A DNA stretch of 64,000 nucleotides from Thermoanaerobaculia bacterium (GTDB lineage: Bacteria > Acidobacteriota > Thermoanaerobaculia > Multivoradales > Multivoraceae). The stretch covers positions 3,872,001 to 3,936,000 of the forward strand of contig OY762911.1 of the NCBI GenBank assembly GCA_963666565.1, given 5' to 3'. The notes beneath the pieces were generated by a model that was not told the origin of the DNA, did not search any database, and was given only the letters and a program-made list of their open reading frames with translations. This document shows, piece after piece, positions 41,471-50,169 of the stretch; position 1 is the first letter of the stretch; each line of letters begins with the position of its first letter. The translations under genes and the position numbers were made by a program.

Positions 41471-43516
41471 TCAGGGCGAGCCCGTCGCCGCGCCGCCGGC
41501 CAGCGGCGGGAACTCTGCCACGCCGTACTCCGCCAGGATCGAGGCCGCCAGGTCGACGATGCCCTTAGCCGGGCGGCCGAGCGGGCGGCTGACCAGCAAC
41601 ACGCCCGGCACCGTCCGGTGGTCCATCATGTGATCGCCGCTCCAGGCGCTGTCGTTGTCGCTGAAGACGTCGCCGACGACCTCGCCCGACGCCGACTCCG
41701 TCGCCCCGCGGTAGCCCTTCGCATAGCCGACGACCAGATCCGGGCCGATGGCCGTCTGCTGCTGGAACGCGTAGTCCTCGCGAAGGTGGACTTGCGTGAT
41801 CGCGGGTTCGCCCGTCACCGGGTCGACGACCGCCAGCAGTTCCCGCTTCAACTCACGCACCAGGTCGAGGCGCTCCGCCGCCGTCACCGTGCCGTCGCGC
41901 TCACGGCCGCGCAGGTTGACGTAGAGACCAGAGAAGCCGATCCCGTAGGCCCGGGTCTCGTCCCAGTCGACGTTCAGCAGGAAGCCCTCGTCCGCGAACG
42001 CGTCTTCGGTCCGTGCGGCCAGATAGCCCCGTTCGAGGAGCCAGGCGTTCAGGTGGAAGGCGCGGCGCCAGGAGGCGAAGCCGTGGTCCGACATGACGAT
42101 CAGCAGCGGCTCGTCCGCGCCGCCGTCGCCGAGGCCGGCCTCCGCCTCCAGCCGGTCCAGCGTCTTCCCGACGACCGCGTCGAGTCCCTCGTAGAGCGTG
42201 GGGATCAGGTCCTCGTGAACGGCGTCGGCTTCCGGGTCGTAGGCGGGGTGCTCAGGATCGCGCGACCGCCAGCGAACGTGGCCGATCTGGTCCACGTTGC
42301 CGAAGTAGTAGAACAGGAAGCCGCCCTCCTGCTCGAGGTAGCGGTCCAGCACGTAGCCGTACTGCTCGGCGACCTCGTCGCCGGCGATCTTCGCCTGGGC
42401 AAGGAACTCGTCCGGGGTGAAGACCCCCTCCGTCAGGGTCTTCGTGTCTTCGGGCATCCCCTCCGTGTAGAAGCGGTCGACCGCCTCCGCCAGCTCGGCC
42501 GCGAAGTCGGGCGGCGTCGAGATCGGCGCCGCGGGCGACATCGGGTCGTGGTCGATCGGGCTGACGTAGAGCTCGAACTCCGGCTCGAGCGCGCGCAGGT
42601 ACATCCGGCAGATGCCGCGCAGGTTCTGGGTCGGCATCATCTCGAAGTCGACCTCCAGCCAGTCGCTCCACTCCCCGACCCGGAGCACGATCTGCTGGTC
42701 GCCCAACTCGATCTTTGCACTCTCCGTCTCCGGATCGAGGTAGACGGTGAACGGCGCGGTCAGCTTGACGGGCTCGCGCAGCAGCGGGTTGTCGGGTCCG
42801 AGCAACTCGGCTTCGACCACGTTGTCGTAGATGTCGAGTTCGACGATGTCACCGCCGCTGATGTCCCGGTCGGCGAACAGCTCGGACGTGTAGAACGTGA
42901 AGGTGCCGTCGGTGCCGAGGAGGTCGCTCGTGCCCATGCCGGAGAGTTCGCGGCTCGCCGTGCCCGACACCGGGAAGTTCGCCGGCATGCGGACGACGGT
43001 CGTGCGCACCCCGTGCTCCTCCAGCACCTCCCAGAACGGCGTGCCGTGCCGGAACTGCACGTAGTCCCCGCTGGTGAGCGGGAACTGCCAGGGTCCCACC
43101 TCCAGGAAGCGTCCGCCGGATGACGCCGCGGCCGTCGACGAGTACGGGATCATCGTCTCCGGGTCCCGGTGCAGGAAGTCGAAGATGCCGTGGCCGCCCG
43201 GGTCCATGCCGGTGACGAAGCTCGACCAGGCGACCGGGCTGTGCGGCGGGATCGTCGTCTCCAGCTCCGTGAAGCCGCCCATCGCCTCGAGGCGGGCGAA
43301 GTTCGGCAGCCTCCCTTCGTCGATCAACTGCCGGGTGAGTTCAGGGTCCAGACCGTCGAAACCGAGCACGACGACCTTCGGCCCCTCGGACGGACCGACG
43401 CCGTCGCCGCCGCACCCCAAGACGGCGGAGAGGACGACCGCCGCCACTGCGGTTGCCGCGAGCGGCCGGTTCCGGCTCTTGCGGCCGCGCCGGCCGGTGG
43501 GTCGCCTTCGGTTCAC
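41471..43516 (-). CDS. Alkaline phosphatase superfamily (nucleotide pyrophosphatase/phosphodiesterase, COG3379-like) lipoprotein
   Basis: GTG overlaps the upstream stop; lipobox AVLGC; LGFDGLD, TIPPHSPVAWSS, DQIGH, SDHG, SGDH. Confidence 0.88.
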   Translation of the reverse strand: MNRRRPTGRRGRKSRNRPLAATAVAAVVLSAVLGCGGDGVGPSEGPKVVVLGFDGLDPELTRQLIDEGRLPNFARLEAMGGFTELETTIPPHSPVAWSSFVTGMDPGGHGIFDFLHRDPETMIPYSSTAAASSGGRFLEVGPWQFPLTSGDYVQFRHGTPFWEVLEEHGVRTTVVRMPANFPVSGTASRELSGMGTSDLLGTDGTFTFYTSELFADRDISGGDIVELDIYDNVVEAELLGPDNPLLREPVKLTAPFTVYLDPETESAKIELGDQQIVLRVGEWSDWLEVDFEMMPTQNLRGICRMYLRALEPEFELYVSPIDHDPMSPAAPISTPPDFAAELAEAVDRFYTEGMPEDTKTLTEGVFTPDEFLAQAKIAGDEVAEQYGYVLDRYLEQEGGFLFYYFGNVDQIGHVRWRSRDPEHPAYDPEADAVHEDLIPTLYEGLDAVVGKTLDRLEAEAGLGDGGADEPLLIVMSDHGFASWRRAFHLNAWLLERGYLAARTEDAFADEGFLLNVDWDETRAYGIGFSGLYVNLRGRERDGTVTAAERLDLVRELKRELLAVVDPVTGEPAITQVHLREDYAFQQQTAIGPDLVVGYAKGYRGATESASGEVVGDVFSDNDSAWSGDHMMDHRTVPGVLLVSRPLGRPAKGIVDLAASILAEYGVAEFPPLAGGAATGSP

Positions 43517-45675
43517 GCCGCCGCTCCGGCCGCCTCGCGGCCCCCGAACTCCGCCGGATCGAACACCGACTCTCCCTCCATGTAGTCCGGCTTGTCGATG
43601 CCGAAGAGGGCCAGGGCGGTGGGCGCCATGTCGAGGAGCGAGAGGTCGTCGCCGCGATCGACCGGGCGGCTGCTGAAGAAGACGCCCGGAACCAGCCGCG
43701 GGTCGACGCAGTGGTCGCCGCTCCACGCCTTCAGGTTGTCCGAGAAGACCGGGCCCGCGACCACGCCGACGGCGCAGTCCCAGGACACCCGGTAGCCGTC
43801 GTTGTAGCCGACGATCAGGTCGGGGGCGTTGCCCTTGTAGGGGCCGGTGTAGAGATCCTCCGCGTCGAAGGCGGCGTTGATGCTGGTCGCGCTTCGCTCC
43901 TCGTCGCGCAGGCCGTCCCAGGCGGCGATCAGTTCCCGCTTGAGCGCCCGCGCCTCCTCGCCGGGCTCGACGATGCCGCCCGCCTCGCGGCCCTTGAGGT
44001 TGAGAAACACGCCGGCGAGGCCGAGCGCATAGGCCCGGGTGCGCGTCCAGTCCACCCCCTCCAGCCATTCCTCGCTGCCGTCCGCGCCGTCGCGCAACGC
44101 CAGGTAGCCGTGGTCGAGCAGCCAGCGGTTCAGGTTGACGCCGCGCCGGAAGGAGGCGAAGCCGTGGTCCGAGAGCACGATCAGGAGATCGTCGTCGCCC
44201 AGCTTCTCCATCACGCGGCCGACCAGATCGTCGTTGTGCCGGTAGTGGTCCTCGATCGTCCGCCGGCGCCGGCCCGTCTGCCGGCCCTTCGCCGCCGGGT
44301 GCCCGTCCTCCATGTAGCGCCAGAACATGTGCTGGATCCGGTCCGTGGCGTCGAAGACGCAGGTCAGGGAGCCCTTCCGCAGTCGCTCGAGCGCCGCGAA
44401 GAACATCTCCTCGCGCTCGCGGTCGATGTCGTAGGACTGCTTGAGGAAGGTCGCGTCGTCGGTCACTCCCTCGTTGAGCGCCGTCGTGTCCTCGGCCAGA
44501 CCCAGAGTCGCGAAGTCGCCCACCCGCTTGGCCAGGTACGGCGCGTAGTAGGACGGGTGCGAGATCGGCATCGCCGGTTTCTCGGGATCGATGTGGATCG
44601 CGGTCAGGTAGAGCGACGTGTGCTCGGCGGCCTCCGTCAGCATCATCCGGGTCAGGCCGTGGACCTTGACGCCGGGCGCGGCCCGGAACTCGAGACGCAC
44701 CCAGTCGGAGAGCTCTCCCTGCCGGAGTTCCACCGTCTCCCCCGCCATACTGACCGACGCCGTCTTCGCCTTGCGGTCGACCTCGACCGTCATCGGCGCG
44801 CGGAGGGGAGGCGGCGGAACGCCCTCCAGGAAGCTGTTCTCCGGCCCTTCGACGACGCAGTCGAAACGGTCGGGGCCAGCGCCGTTGGAGGTCAGCGGCA
44901 CCCGCACGCCGCCCTCCCGGATCGCGTCCGTCGCCGGACGCGTCGTGTAGAGCAGGAAGGTGCCCTGGCTGCCCACCAGGTCCGGCACGCACATCGCGGC
45001 GAGTTGCGCGCCGTAGAAGCGGTCCGGCGGGAAGGTGATCGGCACCCGCAGCACGGTGCTCCAGACGTTCCGCTCACCGAGCACCGTCCAGAACGGCTTC
45101 GAGCGCCGGAGCATGCGGATCTCCGGCTTCTGCAGCGGGATCTTCCACTTGCCCAGCTTCAGGAAGCGCTCCACGCGGCCGATGTGGGCCGAGGACAGCT
45201 TCGGCAGGTAGCTCCGCAGGTCGCGGTCGAGGAAGTCGAAGATGTTGTGCTTGCCCGGATTGGCGCCGGTGGCGAAGGTCGACCAGGCGACCGGCGACAG
45301 CGCCGGGTACGTGCTGGCGATGCGCCGGTAGCTCCCCCGGTCGCGGAGACGCTGGAAGTTGGGCAGCTTGCCCTCCTTCATCATCCGCTCCGTCAACCGC
45401 GGGTCCTGGCCGTCGAGTCCGACGAACACGAGCCGCCTGACGTGCGCCTTCGGCGGCTTCTTGCGCCGCACGACCCGCCACAGCGTCCGCACCGGCCACG
45501 CGAGCAGCGAGAGGAACGCCAGCGCCACCGTCGCCAGCAGCACCAGGAACGACGACATGAGCGCGAACCCGGCCCCCGGCCCGATGTACGCGGCCGCCGG
45601 CGCGGCTGCGAAGAGCGCGACGAGAAGCGCCAGCGCGGCGGTGACGAGACGCGGAGCTGGCAACGGTTCCTCCAT
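43513..45675 (-). CDS. Alkaline phosphatase superfamily (nucleotide pyrophosphatase/phosphodiesterase, COG3379-like) membrane-anchored protein
   Basis: Signal-like segment, AYIGPGAG, TM, RRKK; VGLDGQD, TYPALSPVAWST, DRIQH, SDHG, SGDH. Confidence 0.9.
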   Translation of the reverse strand: MEEPLPAPRLVTAALALLVALFAAAPAAAYIGPGAGFALMSSFLVLLATVALAFLSLLAWPVRTLWRVVRRKKPPKAHVRRLVFVGLDGQDPRLTERMMKEGKLPNFQRLRDRGSYRRIASTYPALSPVAWSTFATGANPGKHNIFDFLDRDLRSYLPKLSSAHIGRVERFLKLGKWKIPLQKPEIRMLRRSKPFWTVLGERNVWSTVLRVPITFPPDRFYGAQLAAMCVPDLVGSQGTFLLYTTRPATDAIREGGVRVPLTSNGAGPDRFDCVVEGPENSFLEGVPPPPLRAPMTVEVDRKAKTASVSMAGETVELRQGELSDWVRLEFRAAPGVKVHGLTRMMLTEAAEHTSLYLTAIHIDPEKPAMPISHPSYYAPYLAKRVGDFATLGLAEDTTALNEGVTDDATFLKQSYDIDREREEMFFAALERLRKGSLTCVFDATDRIQHMFWRYMEDGHPAAKGRQTGRRRRTIEDHYRHNDDLVGRVMEKLGDDDLLIVLSDHGFASFRRGVNLNRWLLDHGYLALRDGADGSEEWLEGVDWTRTRAYALGLAGVFLNLKGREAGGIVEPGEEARALKRELIAAWDGLRDEERSATSINAAFDAEDLYTGPYKGNAPDLIVGYNDGYRVSWDCAVGVVAGPVFSDNLKAWSGDHCVDPRLVPGVFFSSRPVDRGDDLSLLDMAPTALALFGIDKPDYMEGESVFDPAEFGGREAAGAAA

Positions 45676-45757
45676 GATCGCGCGCCTGGGAGCACCCGGT
45701 GCCAGACAGCGCGGAGCGGTGCGGAGCATACCAAGCCGCGGGTAGCATCTCGTGGCC

Positions 45758-46405
45758 ATGTACGGGAAGACTCTCTGGCGGCGGCTTCTCTTCGGCCGGC
45801 CGATCATCGTCGTCTCCGGTCTCCCCCGCTCCGGCACCTCGATGGCGATGAAGATGCTCGAGGCCGGCGGCATGGAGATCGTGACCGACGGTGAGCGCGA
45901 GGCCGACGTGGATAACCCGCGCGGTTACTACGAGGACGAGCGGGTCAAGGACCTCGCGAACGCTCCCGACAAGTCCTGGCTACGCGCCTCACGCGGCCGC
46001 GCGGTCAAGGTCATCTCCTTCCTGCTCAAGGACCTGCCGCCGAACCTGAACTACAAGGTCATCCTCATGCGGCGCAACCTGACCGAGGTGCTCGCATCGC
46101 AGCGGAAGATGCTGCATCGCCGGGGCGAGACCGACGACACGCCGGACGAGCGGATGACGGAGCTCTGGCGGGACCAGCTCTGGAGAGTGAACTACCTCCT
46201 CCGCCATGCGCCGCAGTTCGAGTGGGTCGAGATCGAGTACGGCGAGGCGCTACGGGATCCGGCGGCGGCGGCAATGCGAATCGCGGGGCTAGTGGAGGGC
46301 CTGGACGAGCAGGCGATGGCCCACGTAGTGGACCCGACCCTCTACCGGAACCGCGCCGCTCCTGGCTCCAGCGCCCCTCGCCACGGATCGAATGGCTCCA
46401 CATAG
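45758..46405 (+). CDS. PAPS-dependent sulfotransferase family protein
   Basis: 5'-PSB loop SGLPRSGTSMAM, NPRGYYE, 3'-PB motif RRNLTEVLASQ. Confidence 0.88.
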   Translation: MYGKTLWRRLLFGRPIIVVSGLPRSGTSMAMKMLEAGGMEIVTDGEREADVDNPRGYYEDERVKDLANAPDKSWLRASRGRAVKVISFLLKDLPPNLNYKVILMRRNLTEVLASQRKMLHRRGETDDTPDERMTELWRDQLWRVNYLLRHAPQFEWVEIEYGEALRDPAAAAMRIAGLVEGLDEQAMAHVVDPTLYRNRAAPGSSAPRHGSNGST

Positions 46406-46491
46406 CCGTTCTGCTATCTTGGTCGCGCTTCCCGCCAGCCGCCGACCCACAGATCGTCGGTGAGAGCCACCGCACGAAGAGAAGTACCCCG

Positions 46492-47157
46492 ATGCAACAC
46501 GGCATTGAACCCCGCTACCCCCTCTCCGAGGCGGCGAAGATCATCGGGATGCCCGGCCCTACGCTGCGGACCTGGTTCCGTGGTTGGCCTACCGGCAAGC
46601 CTCCCGTGCTGGCCGCCGACGGAGGCGCCGACGCTCCGCTGATCCTCAGCTTCTTCAACGTCGTCGAGGCGCGCTTCCTCGACGCGTATCGCCGAAGAGG
46701 CGTTTCCATGCAACGAGTCCGCCGCGCTCTGGATTTCGTGACCGAGCATCTGTCCGGTTTCGAGCGGCCGCTCCTGAGACCCGACTTCGAGACCGACGGC
46801 AAGGCCTTGTTCATCGAACTGCAGGAGGCCGGCAAGACGCCCATGCTCCTCGAGGTCACCGGGGGCGGTCAACTCGTGTGGCCGGAGGCGGTGCGGGAGC
46901 ACTTCCAGTCGCTCGTCTTCGACGATCACGGCGATCCTTCGAGGCTCTGGCTCGACGATCGGCACGAGCTCATGCTGGATCCGCGTTTCGGTTGGGGTCT
47001 TCCCGTTGTCTCGGGCTCCGGGGTCCGGACCGATGTCCTCTTTGAACGCCTGGAGGCCGGCGAGGAGCTCCACGCCATCGCCGAGGACTTCTCGCTGCAG
47101 ACCTCCGAGGTCAAGACCGCCGTGGCTTGGGAACGAGCGGCCAGACGAGCCGCGTAG
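46492..47157 (+). CDS. DUF433-containing antitoxin (VapB45-like)
   Basis: N-terminal HTH (YPLSEAAKIIG..TLRTW), LSFFNVVE, C-terminal DPRFGWGLP..GVRT..L.ER.EAGE....IAEDF. Confidence 0.85.
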   Translation: MQHGIEPRYPLSEAAKIIGMPGPTLRTWFRGWPTGKPPVLAADGGADAPLILSFFNVVEARFLDAYRRRGVSMQRVRRALDFVTEHLSGFERPLLRPDFETDGKALFIELQEAGKTPMLLEVTGGGQLVWPEAVREHFQSLVFDDHGDPSRLWLDDRHELMLDPRFGWGLPVVSGSGVRTDVLFERLEAGEELHAIAEDFSLQTSEVKTAVAWERAARRAA

Positions 47158-47188
47158 TCTGACCTGGCGCCGCGGACAGTGATCCCCG

Positions 47189-47503
47189 ATGTCGGCTGGC
47201 ACCGAAGGCGACCCGTGCCTGACGTTCTTCTTTGATCGCTCGATCGGCAAGGCCGTGCCACAGGCCCTCCAGGCCGTACATGTACCCGCCATCTCCCACG
47301 ATGATCACTACCCGGCTCAGAGCAGAGTCCCGGACGAGACCTGGATCGCGGAACAGACCGAACTCGGGCATGTCCTGGTCACCAAGGACAAGAGGATTCA
47401 GCAGCGAGCTTCGGAAGTGGCGGCAATCCGTTCAGCCGGCGCGCGACTCCTCGTACTCACCGACAAGCGCGCCAACCGACTCCGTACGAGTCCCGAGCGA
47501 TGA
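47189..47503 (+). CDS. PIN-like toxin (VapC45-like), possibly C-terminally truncated
   Basis: FFFDRSIG, PDETWI, LVTKDKRI; only 104 aa. Confidence 0.75.
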   Translation: MSAGTEGDPCLTFFFDRSIGKAVPQALQAVHVPAISHDDHYPAQSRVPDETWIAEQTELGHVLVTKDKRIQQRASEVAAIRSAGARLLVLTDKRANRLRTSPER

Positions 47504-47519
47504 ACGGGAAGACGTCGCG

Positions 47520-48890
47520 TCACGCGGACCGTAACTCTACGACCAGTTCCTTGCCGAACTCGATGCCGGCGCACTCGCAGGCCGCCTTGATCCACTTCAG
47601 CTTCTGCTGGTTGGGGGAATGGACGTTCAGATACCAGCCACCCGGCAGCGACCTTATCGACCGCTCCTCCGGATCGGCCTCCCTGGGCGACTCGCCGATG
47701 TGGGAGCGCTTGGTCGCTGCTATCTCGTCCCGGAATCTCCGGTAGAAGGAGACACCGCCGCAATCGTCGTATAGCTGACCGACGATGTGTTCGTACATGT
47801 CGGCAGCACTCCTCTCCGATCGAGCCTCTCCGAGATACGACCACTGAACCGCCCGAGAGGAAGAACGGCGTCTACGCTTGAAAGCCGGTATCGCGGCACC
47901 GCCTCCGGGCACCTTCGGAGGACGTTGAGCCGCCCTCGGGGCGTCCTCGAATCGATCAAAGTACTCGCCATCAATCGTTACGTCTTCGACAGTACGCTCC
48001 CTGACCACTACGCCCAGTCCGCGCTCCTTCAGGAGTTCACAGAGGTTGTCGCCATCGATGAGATCGAGAGGAGTAGCCCCGTCTCGCGTGGCCTCGCGCT
48101 TGGCGTCAGAAGTGAAGGAGCCCGTGGTGATGATGAGGCCCCTGTCGCTGCGCCCCGCCATGGCGCCTCGGAAGTCCCTTACAACGGGCGCACCTATGGT
48201 TCCCTTGTGCCTCTTGCATTGGAAGTACACCGGAAAGGAGATCAGGGAAAAGCGATACAAGGCCGTCCCATCGATGCCTCCGTCTCCGCTGCCTCCGATT
48301 ACCTTGACGGCCTCGAAACCAGATGAGCGGAGAAGTTCCTGCGCAAGCCGCTCGAACGCACCCGGCGACATCTCCAAGAGCCGACTGAGTAGCTCGTCGT
48401 TCCAAGCGGCTTCGCCTGGTTCGTCGTCATCGACGCCTCCAGCCGTGTCGGTTGCGGCTGCGATCCGGGCTCGCGGGCTCGTCGCTCGCACGAGCTTCTC
48501 TTGACGGCGGTCACGGAGGTACTCCGCCAAGCGCCGTTCGACCGTCTCTTCCTCCATATCGACGCCCTCTGCAGTCAGCCGCCAGTAGCCTCGACGTTCA
48601 CTCTTCAGAGCGCCGACGATCTTCAAATGCGATCTGCAAAAGCCCACCCGAAACGCCAGTTCCGACTTGGCTCCGTTGGCAGCTCGCACGGCGCGCTGGA
48701 CCGGATTCAGCTTCAAGTTCGTCGCCACGGCTTCGTCGATTTCGTCGTTCGTCGCCGGCATCGGCAGGCGGCGTACGGCCTCCAGCGTCAGCCAGCGGAG
48801 TTCGGGATAGAGAGGAAGTCCCGCAGCCTCTCGTGAGTTCATCGTCGTCTCCTGCTTGCGAGGATTCGGCATCTGAGGCATTCGCGCCAC
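47520..48890 (-). CDS. mrr: Mrr-family restriction endonuclease (Mrr_N + Mrr_cat) with extra C-terminal domain
   Basis: RGYWRLT, MSPGAFERL, GSGDGGIDG, FQCKR, VRDFRGAM, ITTGSFT, LIDG. Start at 48890 or a downstream ATG (e.g. 48843). Confidence 0.9.
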   Translation of the reverse strand: MARMPQMPNPRKQETTMNSREAAGLPLYPELRWLTLEAVRRLPMPATNDEIDEAVATNLKLNPVQRAVRAANGAKSELAFRVGFCRSHLKIVGALKSERRGYWRLTAEGVDMEEETVERRLAEYLRDRRQEKLVRATSPRARIAAATDTAGGVDDDEPGEAAWNDELLSRLLEMSPGAFERLAQELLRSSGFEAVKVIGGSGDGGIDGTALYRFSLISFPVYFQCKRHKGTIGAPVVRDFRGAMAGRSDRGLIITTGSFTSDAKREATRDGATPLDLIDGDNLCELLKERGLGVVVRERTVEDVTIDGEYFDRFEDAPRAAQRPPKVPGGGAAIPAFKRRRRSSSRAVQWSYLGEARSERSAADMYEHIVGQLYDDCGGVSFYRRFRDEIAATKRSHIGESPREADPEERSIRSLPGGWYLNVHSPNQQKLKWIKAACECAGIEFGKELVVELRSA

Positions 48891-48966
48891 ACCTCAACCA
48901 CGATAGCCAGACGGCCCATTTGCCCGACGATCGACCAGCCGCTTCACCGCCGAACCCGCCGGCACG

Positions 48967-50061
48967 CTAGTACACCCCCACCGTCGTCGCCGACGCCAGC
49001 CTCGCGAAGGGCCGCACACCGCTGACGCCGTCCCAGGGGTAGTCGACGTAGGGCTTCTCCCGCTCGCCCTCGTCGCGTTCCAGGAAGCCGGGGACGAAGA
49101 ACTCGCGGGTCAGCGTCGTCAGCCGGACGCGGCCGGTGGCGCCGTAGTCGACGACCTGGTTCGGATCGTCGGGGTCGACGACTTCGAGCACGGCCCGCGG
49201 CTGGGGCGCGTAGTAGGCGATCGTGTAGCCCTCGGCGGCGGTGACGGGCCGCGACGCGGCCAGGCCCATCAGGGTGTTGCCGTAGGTCGGGGTCATGTAG
49301 ACGCCGTCGAGCAGTTCCTCGACCGCGAAGCGGGTCCACTGCGGGGTAAATTCGGTGCCGCCGGAGAAGATGCCCTTGATACCCGTGTCGGCGAGAGTCT
49401 GGCCGCGATCCTCCAGCGCCAGGCAGAGCGACTCGAGCAGCTTCGGCGTCGCGAACATGGCCTGGATGTCGTGGCCGGCCGAAAGGACGGACAGGGCCTG
49501 GTCGATCACGTGGTCCTTGTAGGCCTCCAGGTGCTCCATCCAGCCCTTCTTGATCAGCTTGATCACCCAGCGCGGGTCGAGGTCGACGCAGAAGCAGATG
49601 CCGCCGCGGTACTGGCAGAGGTGCTCCACCGCCAGACGCAGGCGGCGCGGGCCCGACGGCCCCAGCATCAGCCAGTTGGACCCCGGCGGGAAGTGCTCGT
49701 CCGGGAGGCTGGCGCTGAACAGCTCGTAGTCCGTGCGGAAGTCGTTGAGGGCCACCCGGCTCTTCGGGATGCCCGTCGTGCCGCCGGTCTCGAAGACGTA
49801 GATCGGATCGTCGGCCATCGCCTTCGGAACCCAGCGCCGCACCGGCCCGCCGCGCAGCCACTCGTCCTCGAAGGGCGGGAACTTGCGCAGGTCGGCGTAG
49901 CCGGCGACGTCGCTCTTCGGGTCGAAGTCGAGCTTCTTGGCGAAGTCCAGCCAGAACGGCGTGCCGGTCTCCGGGCTGAAGTGCCACTCCATCATGTCGC
50001 GGACGTGGGCGTCGAGTCGTTCCCTGGCCTGGGCCTGGGCTTCAGCGCTGGCGACTTCCAT
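48967..50061 (-). CDS. Short adenylate-forming enzyme, GriC/EhpF/LuxE-like
   Basis: WHFSPETGTPFW, FETGGTTGIPK P-loop, PTYGNTL, ERD; lacks the usual C-terminal subdomain. Confidence 0.75.
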   Translation of the reverse strand: MEVASAEAQAQARERLDAHVRDMMEWHFSPETGTPFWLDFAKKLDFDPKSDVAGYADLRKFPPFEDEWLRGGPVRRWVPKAMADDPIYVFETGGTTGIPKSRVALNDFRTDYELFSASLPDEHFPPGSNWLMLGPSGPRRLRLAVEHLCQYRGGICFCVDLDPRWVIKLIKKGWMEHLEAYKDHVIDQALSVLSAGHDIQAMFATPKLLESLCLALEDRGQTLADTGIKGIFSGGTEFTPQWTRFAVEELLDGVYMTPTYGNTLMGLAASRPVTAAEGYTIAYYAPQPRAVLEVVDPDDPNQVVDYGATGRVRLTTLTREFFVPGFLERDEGEREKPYVDYPWDGVSGVRPFARLASATTVGVY

Positions 50062-50169
50062 CTGCGGACTCCAATCGGTTGATCCTGCCGCGATCGGCGG
50101 CTTGCCGTGATCCTGGGGTTGAAGGGGCGGCAGACTACAGCACCGGCCGCGGCGGCGACGACCCGGTGG

